A DNA stretch of 64,000 nt from Octopus vulgaris. Its lineage: Eukaryota. The notes below the pieces were generated by a model. The model had not been told where the DNA came from, made no database searches, and saw only the letters and a list, made by a program, of their open reading frames with translations. Shown here one piece after another: positions 12,688-25,045 of this stretch; position 1 is the stretch's first letter; each line of letters starts with the position of its first letter. The DNA is taken from positions 75,330,001-75,394,000 of the forward strand of contig OX597820.1 in the NCBI GenBank assembly GCA_951406725.2, written 5' to 3'. The position numbers and the translations under genes were made by a program.

Positions 12688-13085
12688 TCTCTTTTACTTG
12701 ATTCAGTCATTTGACTGCGGCCATGCTGGAGCACCACCTTTAGTTGAGCAAATCAACCCCAGGACTTATTCTTCGGAAGCCTAGAACTTATTCTATCTGT
12801 CTCTTTTGCCGAACCTCTAATGTATGGGGACGTCAACACACCAGCATCGGTTGTCAAGCGATGTTGGGGAGACAAACACAGACACACAAACATACACACA
12901 CATCTATAAATATACATATATACGACGGGCTTCTTTCAGTTTTCGTCTACCAGATCCACTCACAAGGGTTTGGTCGGCCCGGGGCTATAGTAGAAGACAG
13001 TTGCCCAAGGTGCCACGTAGTGGGCCTGAACCCGGAACCGTGTGATTGGTAAGAAACTTACTTACCACACAGCCACTCCTACGCC
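12688..13085 (-). mobile_element. SINE family B, full length
   Basis: Complete reverse copy from tail (ctcttttacttg) to head (cagccactcctacgcc). Confidence 0.9.
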
Positions 13086-13431
13086 AATATATATATATAT
13101 ATATATAATCCATGCATATATGTATGTATGTATGTATGTTGGTATGTATATGCGTATATATGAGCTTAACCCTAGGAGCAGTAATGGCCAGTGACGAGAA
13201 TTAAGATGGTCTGCGTCAAAATTCGAAATCACGTGAGATGGCTGTATCTGCGAACGTAGGGAGCTTTGTCTTCCTTGCCAGCTTATTACGATAGTGCCCT
13301 TGTGGCTAATTAGTCGTTTTGACTCTTATTTCTAGCAATGCTGGTACCACTTTCTACCTGCTGTCACTTTAGTAACGACGTCTATAAATTTGCCTTTTAA
13401 ATTCCTAATAAACCACCCATATTATTTATAT

Positions 13432-13471
<40 letters not shown>

Positions 13472-13519
13472 CTTTTACTTGTGTGTGTGCGCGTATGTGT
13501 TTGCGTGTTAATTTTATCA

Positions 13520-13890
13520 GTTTCAGTGGCCAACATATGAAATATATATTTTAAAGTGAATATTATAAATGCAATTATAAATAAAGGCGAAAAGAAAAAA
13601 TTGTTAGTTTGCCAATATGCTGAAAAATAGACACTAAATCGTCTAATCACATAAAATATTTTCACTTCTATTATTACACCACGTTTCGAAACGAGGAAAG
13701 CAAGCTAACAGAAATTCATAAAATATATAATTATTCCCGAATCGGTTCCGATTTTTCCATCATCAGCGAGGAACAGAAAATGAAAATAAATGAAATACTT
13801 AGTTATACCCATGGAAAAGCAGATGCAAATTCATGAATACCTTTAAATAGCCCAAATATATCCAAAGGGAAAATCCGTAGCGAGCCTCCA
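13520..13890. repeat. AT-rich dispersed repeat, related copy at 7680-7810
   Basis: gtggccaacatat...aaaagaaaa...aaatagacactaaatcgtc shared with 7680-7810. Confidence 0.55.
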
Positions 13891-14485
13891 CATCATTCAT
13901 CATCATCATCATTGTTCGACCGTGGTCGAGACAATGGAATTTACCATGTTGCGCCAGACTTCACGGTCCATCATAGCATTACGGAGGTCCTGTTGCTGGA
14001 TGCCTGTATCCCTGGAGATTACATCAGGGTAGGAGAGTGTGCGCCCTCTGGTGTTGCGAGTAGATGGCTTCCAGAGGAGAAGAGTAGAAATTACTTCTTT
14101 TTCAGCTCTACAACAATGTCCAGCAAACTGGACTCTCCTACCCTTCACAAGAGATGACACAGGTGGTAATTTCCCATATATTTGCATTTTAGTTGGATGG
14201 CGCCTCCACGAGAGATTTTGAGCTCTCATAAGGAGGCGAGTGTAGGTTCCATCCAACCGCCTCTCAAGCTTCTTTGATAACGTCCAGGTTTCTGAGCCAT
14301 ATAGTAGGATTGGTTCGACTGTGGCTTTGAATATTTCAAGTTTGAAGTCTCTACTTAGATTTGATGACCAGATCTTATGCATGTCATTACAGGCTGACCA
14401 GGCCATACCCTTTCTAGTTAGAAAGTCTTTTCCAGATGATGATATGTATGACCCAAGATATTTATAATCAGAAACCATATTTAAA
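13891..14485 (-). mobile_element. 5'-truncated RTE-clade LINE (RT C-terminus)
   Basis: Open frame with DYKYLGS, ILLYGSETWTL, RRVQFAGHCCR, AMMDREVWR; stop runs straight into a (TGA)n tail. Confidence 0.9.
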
Positions 14486-14779
14486 GGTGCACGGTCAGGA
14501 AACGCACATACGTAGTTAACCAATTTTGGCTTTAACGATAACAATTGAGTGTGTTACTAATGTTGTGACTCTAATGTAATTTTATAAATTGAAATTTCAG
14601 AGAAGATCAGATTGACTAGGACTTCATAATACACAACTGTATACGCAAATATGTGTGTGCATGTGTGTAGATGGCCATCTTTAACCTGGTGACTAAAAAT
14701 TACAAAAACAAAAAAAATAATTGCCTGGAACAAAAGGGAAATGGTGAAATACAAGATAATGAAATCGAGAGAAATTTGT

Positions 14780-15090
14780 CGACTGTAATACCTCTGAGCG
14801 CCTTGCTTCTCTCTGAAGCTCATATGTCTGGAAATTGACTGGGTAGACACAAGATTATCTATCATATTTCCAACAACAACCTAGGGCAACTTTTAGAATT
14901 CCATATGACAAACACTCGTGGACATGCTTATAAAATCGTAAAACAACACAGCAATTTGATTTTCGGAAACATTTTTTTACGCTCAGAATTGCTGAATAAA
15001 CTACCCGCAACAGTCTTTAGTTGTCCAGATACTACATTCTTAAAGACTTCCATGCTTCCTGAAATCTGCCAAGAGTACACATGATGGCTC
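14780..15090 (+). mobile_element. CR1-like LINE 3' fragment, decayed
   Basis: TNTRGHAYKIVKQH...FRKHFF-LRIA..NKLPA motifs. Confidence 0.7.
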
Positions 15091-15209
15091 TTTTTCTTAG
15101 ATGTCGTGCATCTGCGCACTGTATACAACAATTTCTTTCATATTTCATTGAAGGAAACATTAAAATATAATTTACTTCAATCTTAATTGTCATAGTTATT
15201 AGTCATAGT

Positions 15210-15380
15210 TCATAGTGGGGTACCATCTTTATGAAATGTAGTCAATTGAATGGGCCCCAGTTCTTGTCTTTCAGTAAGCCTTGTACTTAGTCTATCGTAC
15301 ACCTTTGCCGAACTGCTATACTAGCGGGTAAACACACCAACACGAGTTGTCAGGTGGTGTTGTGACACACACACAGACTT
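15210..15380 (-). mobile_element. SINE family B, 3' part, diverged
   Basis: tttgccgaactgcta...taaacacaccaacac. Confidence 0.55.
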
Positions 15381-15381
15381 A

Positions 15382-15449
<68 letters not shown>

Positions 15450-16721
15450 CTTATGATTGCCATGCTGGACCGCTGAATTCTACATGGTTTTTTCATTCTG
15501 TCTGTTTATTTTCTCTTATTCCTTTCTATTGAAGAACGTAGGCTTCAAACGCAAAAGACAGCTTCAATTTTTCCGAGCGTCATACTAACACACCTGCTTT
15601 TTGTTTGTACACCTGTCCTCGTCCTTTGTTTTTGTATAAATTTCAACTATATATATATGTATGTGTGTGTGTGTGTATGTTCGTGTGTGTGAGTGTGTGT
15701 GTATGTGTGTGTGCGTGTGTGTGTGTGAAAGAAGAAAAAGAAGAATTTGGGAAATTTGTTGGATGAACATTCATCAATGTGTTGGCTTCCTGCATTCCGG
15801 AAATCTAATTTGAGATTTGTACACCACCGTCCTCTGACGTAGGCTGGTTTTTGTGTGTCCAATATATCGCCGTTTGCATCCCGAGCATGTAATAAAGTAA
15901 ATCAAGTTCTCCGATGCTCATGTAAATTTAGCTTTTATGGTAAAATTTTGGCGTGTTCCAAACGGTATTCTGATCCTTCTATTTTGTGGATAAAGATCCC
16001 ACAGATGGGTCTCCCGCACTTTCTTACTGTCGGCTTAGTGGTTATTGTTGAGCGTATTTTGGCCTGGGTTAAAATCCTTTTCATTGATTTTGGTTGTCTC
16101 TTATTTTTGATGATTGTATGTGTTTTGAGGATTTGATTCATCTTTGGGTCTCTCTTGAGCAGAGCTGTGCTTTGGAGTTTAGTGTTGAAGGCCAAATTGT
16201 TTTGTGAGATGTGTGTGGAAATGTAAGGTAGAGTTTTCGATTTTTTTCCCCTTTTTTTGGTCTTGCTTGCTTAAGTTCTAGTGTATTTAATTTAAGGACT
16301 CGTTGGATCATATTGTCGATCAAGGGTTGAGAGTGAGGTTTTTAATTCCTGGAGTCGTGTGTAACGGGTGCTTGCGTCTGATACTATTGTGCATATTCTT
16401 TTGGCTAAACAAAATGGGATATTCATCCTGGTGTGTCTCGGGTGGCAAGAACCAAATGGCAGGTACTGTTTTGAGTTCGTGGGTTTGTAATAGATATCTA
16501 TCTCTCTCTTGTTCCCGACTTCCTTAATAAGGATATCTAAAAGCGGTTGTTATTCCTGGTTGTACTGTATCATAATTTGGATGTTCTCATTTAGTCCAAT
16601 TAGAAATGTTTCGAATTTTTAAAGTTTTTCTATTCTTTTATTCCAGAGGATGAAGCAGTCATCGAGATATCTTTTCCAGTTCTTTTCCAGTTGTTTTGAA
16701 TATTGGTTGAAAAAGAGTTTC

Positions 16722-17300
16722 CTTCAGGACAGTATTCAAAAGTAATACAACACTTCGCAAATATCTCCGCGTAAAACCACCAATAGAAAATAATATGACC
16801 AAGAATTGCGTGTACTCCATCCCATGCAGCTGTGATAGGTTATATAAAGGTGAAACATGCCGCCCCTCAAAATAAGGGTAGAGCAACATCGCAAAGTTGT
16901 GAAACGAGGAGATATTGAAAAATCGGGTATAGCTGATCATGTATGGAAAAATGGAGACCACCTTCCCCTGTGGGATGAAGTTAAAATAATAGACAGAGAA
17001 CACCGCTGGAAAATACGAAAACTAAAAGAAGCAGCACATATGCTAGGACACAACAACCTCCTAAGCAGACCGAGTGCAGATATGAATAGCATATGGGAAC
17101 TGATATTAAGGAAAGATAGGAGAATATTAGATTTATAAGCCCTAAAATTCCTTAGAAACGAGATGAAATTTCCCCAAAACACCTGATGAAGGCTGGAGGG
17201 TATATCAGCCGAAACGTTGTGTTAACAATAAAAAAGATGAGGACGAATATCCGTCAACTGTAAATAATGTACATAATTTCTCCTCTCTTAAATATAGAAC
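16722..17300 (+). mobile_element. Second Penelope-like element, 3' fragment (GIY-YIG endonuclease + pseudo-LTR), nested in opposite orientation
   Basis: CVYSIPCSCDRLYKGETCR-PLKIRVEQH...SGIADHVW...RKLKEA; followed by hammerhead-bearing terminal repeat. Confidence 0.88.
17178..17223 (+). ncRNA. Minimal type I hammerhead ribozyme motif in Penelope pseudo-LTR
   Basis: AACAC-CUGAUGA-a-GGCUG-gaggguauau-CAGCC-GAAAC-GUU-GUGUU; stem I AACAC/GUGUU, palindromic AACGUU stem III. Confidence 0.75.
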
Positions 17301-19254
17301 TTGGGGATTATGTCTGTGGTTTCTTTGCATGCCTCGCTTATTATTCTGCTTTTGTGAATTTTGGGGATACTGCAGAATAAACATGATTTACTTTTGATAT
17401 TGGTAATGTAGTCGTATTCATTGCCTGTGTGTTCTTCTCAGTATGAGTTAATTAATGTTCTGAGATTATTCATTATTTTATGTTGGCTATAGCGTTCGGC
17501 ATTTTCGTAATATGCCTCATCCCCTAATAGAGATAGTACTAGATTTTTATAGTCCTTCGTGTTCATTAGAACTACTGCGTTTATCTGCCTCTTTGATTGT
17601 AATGGTTTTATTTTCTTTTAGTTCGTTAAGGTCGTTCCATTCTCTTTTGTTAAAGTTTGGTCTGTGTCTTTGTTTATTTGTGAGCTTATAAGGGTAATTG
17701 TTGATGTGCTCACAGAATTGGTCGAGGGCTTTATTCTTTCCTTTGGTTAGGGTATAGTTACTGCTATTTCTAGCTATTGAATCGTCGTCGATGTGTTTGT
17801 TATAAACTTCCTCGGCTAGAATTAATTTTCTACAAAATTCAGAAATATTGTCTTTCATTTCATGGTAATTTGGTCGTTGTAGGGTTGGTGTAAGTTTTAG
17901 CCCTTTGGATAGTATGCTTATCTGGTAAGGTGTAAGTTTTTTTTATTAGAGATTGATTATTTTAACTACCTGTGGTTTCTTTTGAACTTCCGGTGCCATC
18001 GAGTATCCCTGTTTCTGTGCACTGCGTCTAATAAACGGTTGGTGTGGCTGGGCTCAATAATGTGGTGTTGTTAAATACTGTTTGAAGTTGGATAGGATGG
18101 TGAGGCTAAGACGAAAGTGGAAGCGGTTGATTTGAAAATTTTGAAAAATTTGGGATGTGCTGGAGAGGTTGGGAGTCTATGAGGAAGGTGGGAAGTAGTT
18201 GATTTGAAGATTTAGAAGAATTTTGTCTGAGTGTATGAGAAGGAATAAGATGGTCGGTGAGGGTTAGTATTTATTAAGTAGTAGGTTGCAAGGTTGGGTA
18301 GTATCTGTGTTTACAAGAACAAATAACATCGTAGAATCTATTGATTAAAAAGGAGTTGTGAATGTGAAGAATGGTTAATGTTTCTTTTATACATAACTTA
18401 CACTTACATATATTTGTATTGTATGTGGGGATCTTCATTTACTATGGGCCAGGAAAGAGTGTATGGAATATTTTGCTATTTGAAGTTGTGCATGTACATT
18501 GCTAAGAAAGCAGATAGCTTAGAGTTTGGAACAATGAAAGCATTCATGCGTGCACGGTAGCTGCGCTTGAAATCTACAGTGCCACTGATATATACCTTGC
18601 TTGGTGGGACAGGTGTGTCATAACACGACACTTATAGATCATATTTTTTCGCAGAGTGGATCCTCCAAGAGAGCATAATTTAGATTCGCGACAGTTGCAA
18701 GTTTTCTACCTGCTACGTGGTTGGAGTTTACTAATGAGGTTGAGCTTCGTTGGTTTGCTGTTAGTGGAGGGGCAGCTAAAGAGTGATTTGTATCTGAATT
18801 GTTATTACTATATACATAATTATAAGAATAATAGTACTTGGATGGAAATTATAAATATTTTAATGCATCGCTACTCGTGTTTCCACGAGGCATATGTTTC
18901 TTAAGATCACAGGCCCTATTCCTGGAATGATTACATTGCATTCCGTAGTATGCATGGACATAGGATGTTCATGCATTAATTTCTTCGAGCAATATAATAT
19001 TTATAAATTCCATCCGAGGATTATTATTCTTATTACTATATTTATCTTCCATTATATCGGTGCATCTCTGTGCAGCCTCAGTAAACTAGTATCACTGGTT
19101 GGCATCATAATGCTGTAGCCAGAATAATAGAACAGTACCTCTTATAGGCATATAGGCATATTCAAACTGTTTCTCGTAAACGAACTTAAAGATTATATAT
19201 ATAAGGATAAGGTCTACGTTACGCCGCAATAATTTATGTATAAAATATATATAT

Positions 19255-19672
19255 AGGCGCAGGAGTGGTTCTGTGGTAAGTAGCTTGCCTACAAACCACA
19301 TGGTTCCGGGTTCAGTCCCACTGCGTGGCATCTTGGGCAAGTGTCTTCTTCTATAGCCCCGGGGGGACCAACGCCTTGTGAGTGGATTTGGTAGACGGAA
19401 ACTGAAAGAAGCCCGTCGTATATATGTATATATATATATATGCGTGTGTGTGTTTGTGTGTCTGTGTTTGTCCCCCTAGCATTGCTTGACAACCGATGCT
19501 GGTGTGTTTACGTCCCCGTCACTTAACGGTTCGGCAAAAGAGAGCGATAGAATAAGTACTGGGCTTACAAAGAATAAGTCCCGGGGTCGATTTCCTCGAC
19601 TAAAGGCGGTGCTTCAGCATGGCCGCAGACAAATTACTGAAACAAGTAAAAGAGTAAAAGAGTAAAAGAGAG
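19255..19672 (+). mobile_element. SINE family B, full length
   Basis: tRNA-like head, CORE-like ggcatcttgggcaagtgtc, internal (TA)(TG) tract, (gtaaaaga)n tail. Confidence 0.92.
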
Positions 19673-19878
19673 TATAAAAGTACAAATTGGGACAAGAACG
19701 CAAAACATTCAAATAGACGACACAAAAAACGGACGGGTCATTCGAAGTCTCTTGACCAGCCGAAATTGCGAGGATGATCCGGTTCTTGACTGAAGATTAG
19801 AGGCTTCGAATGACCCGTCCATTTTTTGTGTCGTCTATTTGAATGTTTTGCGTTCTTGTCCCATTTTGTATTTTTATA
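19673..19878. repeat. Fold-back element, about 80 bp near-perfect arms and 46 nt loop
   Basis: tacaaattgggacaagaacgcaaaacattcaaatagacgacacaaaaaacggacgggtcattcgaag is mirrored at 19803-19871. Confidence 0.92.
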
Positions 19879-19880
19879 TA

Positions 19881-19946
<66 letters not shown>

Positions 19947-19949
19947 TAG

Positions 19950-19980
<31 letters not shown>

Positions 19981-20806
19981 TAGATAGATAGATAGATAGA
20001 TATATAGATAGATAGATAGATAAATAGGTAGGTAGATAGTTAGATAGATAGATAGATAATTAGTTAGTTAGATACATAGATAGATAGAAAGAAAGATAGA
20101 TTAATAGATGGAGATACACACATACACATACTAGAGAAAATTGTTTGTCACTTACAGTGTTCATTTTCCAACCAGTAATTCACTTTCTGTTTATCATTCA
20201 GGCTGTTTATCGCATCTTGATAAATTGCAGAATACTTACCCACGTGTCAACTCCATCGCACAAATTAATACAAAATATAAGAGAATCAAGAAAAACAAGG
20301 ACCAAAATAATAGGTGGAATAATTACAACTCAGCTAATCTCATTCATTTATCATTCGAGAATTATCTCTAAATTAAATCCGTACATGGATGAATATTGAT
20401 TATCAGATTAAGCAACAGAATTTATGATTTCCCTTAATCGAATTTTGTGTCAATATGCAGTTTTGCAATTTTCATCTATACGCCCACAGCCAAGGTGTCA
20501 ATCAACTTTAGGTTCAGGTCATCTTCACTTTCTTACAAATTTCATTAATATGCGAAGAAAATGGTAGAAAATAGCATGAAACCCATCATGAATTTCATTG
20601 AACCGTAAAAACCTAATTCTGGGATTTCATTCAGGAAATAATTCAAAATATATGACTGATAAACACCATTGAATATAATAGCTGTTCTTTTCTTATAGCT
20701 TTATGTATTTATAGTGTTTTTGTGTAAAGAAATTTTAAAAAAAATGAAAATGAGAATAAGAATTAACTACATACTGTGTATTGACATATTTGTTTATCAC
20801 TGTGCC

Positions 20807-21353
20807 TAGCATGGGAATCACAAGTGACTCCTGAAACTACATTTGCAATATACCAAGAGAGTCTTGATGACTTGCCGATCTATATGCTTAATATACTATG
20901 GGAGTCACTAGTGATTCCCGGGCTTTATCCTCAATATACCATGGACTCACTGGTGGTTTCCCAAGCTGTATTCGCTACGCTACATTCACCACGTTACATT
21001 CACCAATGAACGTCACCAGTGACTTCCCAAACTATATCCTTAAAATGCCATGATTTTCACCAGAGACTATCCAAACTTTATTCTTAATATACCATGGGAG
21101 TCAACGGTGGCTTCCCGACTTATATTCTTAATATAGCATGAGAGTCACCGGAGACTCCTTAAGTTATATTCGTTATATACTATGAGTGCCACCGAAGACT
21201 TCACAAGGTATATTCTTAATATAACATGGAAGTCACCGGTGGCTCCCCAGACTACATTCTTAAAATACCATGGTAATCACTGGTGACTCCCTATGCTATA
21301 TTTTGCATGTACCAGTGGAGCCACAGGTAACTCCCAACAGTAATTCTTTATAG
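20807..21353. repeat. Diverged tandem array of 12 units of 43-44 bp, each with palindromic core GGGAGTCACCGGTGACTCCC
   Basis: Unit starts at 20807, 20851, 20894, 20937, 21002, 21046, 21090, 21134, 21178, 21222, 21266, 21310. Confidence 0.9.
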
Positions 21354-22427
21354 GGATCCTCACGGTACTATGATTCAATCTACATTATTCGAATATTATG
21401 AAATGTACTGTACACATGCTTTTCTGTAATTCAACAGAAGATGTGGGATGTGGTTCAACATCAGAAGGTAGCAAACTATTGTCATCTCTACCATTTGAGC
21501 GTGGCTGTCCATAAAATAATTTTTGTGAAGAGGAAAGCCATTAAGTTCTATATCTTATAATCTTAAATATAATCTGTAAGAAACATCATAAATGAGAAAC
21601 ATCCATAGATTGTGATATAATGGGTATTTTTAAATTTTCAAATTGTATCATCTATGTCACTGGCGATACAGGTTGACCACGATATTCCACCACAGACGTC
21701 ACTGGTTAAAACCATGTTATAAATCAATGAGGTAGTTTAAATAGTGAACTAGAACATAGTTAAAACATTTTAAAACGCATAATTTAAAAGAAAATAAGAC
21801 TGTTGGTGCATAGGAAAATATGGTGCAAATTGAATTTGGAAGAAAAGTTTAAATTCAAATTGTTGGTTAAACCTAGAGGTAAAACACTTCAAAAATTTCA
21901 GATGATTCAATGCAATATTCTGAATTTTCAAAACAATTTACATAACAAATATCCTTATCTATTATTGGTCAAACCCTATTTATATTTAGTTATCAATTTA
22001 GTTTCCAAATACTTTGCTACAAGGACGTTGCACTGCTATATTGCTTGCCGAAAGAACGCATATGATTTTTGTGCTTTCTTTCAATTTTTCTCTCCTTTAT
22101 ACATTATAGTTTTTCTACTGGTCTCCCACTCATGCATAATACCAATCTTTTACACAATTCGGACTTAAAGGACAAGATCTTTGTTCCTTTCAGTTAGATC
22201 TATTGTCTGTACTAGGCTACTGGTTATTTGAGTATTTATAAATTGTACGGTATTTCATTCTTCTGAAACTCTCGCGAATTATTGTGCTAAATAGCAGGAG
22301 GGAAAATGGTCAGCAGGATGGAAAATGGTTTAAGGTCAGCACCTCAAAAATTGATAAAGGCTACATGAAAGTCATTGTGTGTGTAACTTACACTTCTTTT
22401 ACTCCTATTACCGCCGTTATTTAACTT

Positions 22428-23250
22428 TGGTCAATTTCATAGGGATGTTGAAAATAAGACAGACAGAGAAACAAGATGACTGTGGATGACTAAGAGTGAT
22501 TTAAAACCGGAAGCGGAGGCTCTAATCTGTGCTGCCCAAGAGCAAGCACCAAGAACAAACTATAGAAAATACAGAACAGACAACACAGCAGAAAGTGATA
22601 AGTGCAGAATCTGTGGACAAAACGGTGAAACCGTATGGCATAATACCAGCCAATGTATGCCACTAGCCCTGAAGGAATATAAGAGACGCCACGACAATAT
22701 AGCCAGGCTTGTCTATTAGACACTTTACAATAAATATGGACTTGACAGAGCAAAAATTGGTACGACCACAAATTTGAATTCATCGTCGAAAATGGAAATG
22801 CAAAGATCCTATGGGATTTTATGATTCAGTGAAACCATGTGATAGAGAATAGGAAGCCGGACATAGGGTTAATTGAGAAAGAAAACAAACTGTGCTGGAT
22901 CATAGATATAGCATGTCTAGCTGACAACAAGGTATGCGATGAGGAAGGAAGAAAAGTCGAGAGATATGACAGGTTAACTTGGGAAGTTAAGCAGTTGTGG
23001 TCGATGAAAAAGGTAGCAGTAGTGCCAATATTTGTCGGAGCCCTGGGAACAGTGAGCAAAATATCTCGAGAAGTACGTGGAATAAATAGGGACTGCAATA
23101 AGGGTGGAGCACTTGCAGAAAACAGTACTGCTTGGAACCACTCGAATACTCCAGAAGGTGCTCGAAAAATAAGATGTGTTAACTTAGTTCACTGGTAGTG
23201 AACAGCTGACATTCTATTACAACTCCAGCGTTAGAAGCTGTGCAAAGGCA
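22428..23250 (+). mobile_element. R4/Dong-clade non-LTR retrotransposon, 3' fragment with restriction-like endonuclease
   Basis: EALICAAQEQ, CRICG..ETVWH...C zinc knuckle, YKRRHD, KILWDF, RKPD, IIDIA, K..RY, VVPIFVGALG; abuts a (TAA)n array. Confidence 0.88.
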
Positions 23251-23262
23251 ATAATAATAATG

Positions 23263-23334
<72 letters not shown>

Positions 23335-23355
23335 GTAATAATAATAATAATTATA
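23250..23355. repeat. (TAA)n microsatellite
   Basis: Direct reading. Confidence 0.95.
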
Positions 23356-23364
23356 ACAACATCG

Positions 23365-23510
23365 GAAAAATACCTTAGGAATGAGAACCCAAGTTCGAAA
23401 TTTTCCCAGGACACCTGATGAAGGCTGGAGAGTATATCAGCCGAAATGTTGTATTACCAACAAACAAGATGAGGACAAATATCCGTCAAATGTGAATAAT
23501 GTAAATAATG
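23365..23510 (+). mobile_element. Solo Penelope pseudo-LTR with degenerate hammerhead
   Basis: Similar to 17150-17280: acacctgatgaaggctggagagtatatcagccgaaa...gatgaggacaaatatccgtcaa. Confidence 0.8.
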
Positions 23511-24001
23511 AACAACGTTTAAATAAAACAAGGACACAGGAAAACAAAGTATTGTTATGATTATATTGCAAAACATCCGATCAATATCTTAAAATATAAA
23601 TTTGTTTAAAGTGTTATACATGAAAATGGTGTATTCGCCTCGAAGAATGAAGAATATTCATTTGTTTGGTATTTAATTTTGCTGGATGTCTAACGTTGCC
23701 TTTTGCAATGACAAACGTTTATTTTAACACGTCGCGACAGAAATGGCTTATCGCTAACATTGCAGGAACCGTTCTCTTTGAAGATATTCCGATTGTTGTA
23801 TCTTCTGATGCTTTGGGTGATTGTATTCTTGTTTCTTTCATCTTTACTAACATTCCTTTGTTTTGCATTTGAATAATTCGTATGGCTTCTGCACCTTTTG
23901 TTTTCTCTTTGAATCTTACATATTTGCCATTATTTTCAGAAAGCTCTGTTTTGTTAATATTTCTTCTATCAGTGCTGTTTCTGTTTTGTTGTTGTTATTG
24001 C

Positions 24002-24131
<130 letters not shown>

Positions 24132-24689
24132 TGTTGATGTTGTAGTTGTACAAGCAGTAGTAGTATTGTTGTTCATGTACTCGATGCTCCCTAGAAGTTT
24201 TATATTTATTTACATAATGTAGACACCTTTCCAATGCTTATAACCGTTGTTTACTTTTTAGTAAACTAACCAAATGCCCGTTTAATTCGGTTTGTGCTTA
24301 TGTTTCTTGGATTTTGGGGGACAATAGTCTTTTGACACATTTCAGCAATTTTTATTGTCGGAAAAGGTAATTTAAAAAATGGCGACTTCTTTAACAGCCA
24401 GCTTGCTGGACGTAGACACGTGAGGTGATTTTGAAAAGAGGGTAACACCTACTTTTTACTCCTTTCGCTTTAGTCAATCAACAACGATGATTTCTCCCGC
24501 CGAAATTACAAAATCGAGCGAACTTCAACTAAATGGGTTGTAAATCCACATCGTCAATTTACTGTTGATAATAAAAATTAAAAAACAAAACAGAAAAAGA
24601 CTTAGGATAGGTGATTAGTTTATGCAGAAAATGACCACATAATTATAATGAGGCTGCTTCGAATAGAAAATATGGATTTTAACAAAGGA

Positions 24690-25045
24690 AGGGTAACATG
24701 GAGTTAGGAAAAGCATTCCCCAAAGAGCGACTGCAAGACTTCCTGAAAGGCTCCTCAAAGAACCCAACCAACCTCGTCGCTGTGCCATAAGTCTCAGGGA
24801 AGTGAAAGCTTTCTTTTCTTCTGTGGCCATCGTTAACATCAGAACTGAATAGAACTGTCCAGGTGATAGAATAGGCTTGGAAACCAGGCCACCAGCTTCA
24901 TGGCGTCAGGTCACTAGGTGTAGATATAGTTGCAATGATTGACACCTGAATTTTCGGGACGCACAGACTTTTCGTCTCCGGTAGAGACGACTGCATCACT
25001 CAGTAAGAGTGGACCAGGAGAAGTGGCACTAAAGACCTTGGTTTC
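24690..25045 (-). mobile_element. Possible decayed CRE-like non-LTR 3' remnant
   Basis: GC-richer island; frameshifted LAVA...GNA near its 3' end resembles the QRGNA terminus. Confidence 0.3.

Larger units (their letters stand above)
15730..18950 (-). mobile_element. Near-full-length decayed Penelope-like retroelement (Neptune-like), RT + GIY-YIG
   Basis: In order on minus strand: ILSKGLKLTPT (~17900), IKEADK (~17590), IPKIHK (~17360), WKRYLDDCF (~16660), YYKPTNSKQYL..SCHP (~16460), Cys linker KCGRPICG, NLIYFITCSGCKRRYIGHT (~15880); many stops; 5' limit uncertain. Confidence 0.88.

Noticed and set aside
13675-13772. Hammerhead on minus strand (CTGATGA...CGAAAC)
   Set aside because: Cores are about 75 nt apart, with no valid NUH triplet or stem I that I could confirm
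13909-14544. Functional 211 aa protein-coding gene
   Set aside because: C-terminal part of a 5'-truncated RTE ORF; the listed start lies in flanking DNA
20807-21353. CRISPR array
   Set aside because: Linkers are homologous to each other rather than unique spacers, repeats are degenerate, no cas genes, eukaryotic context
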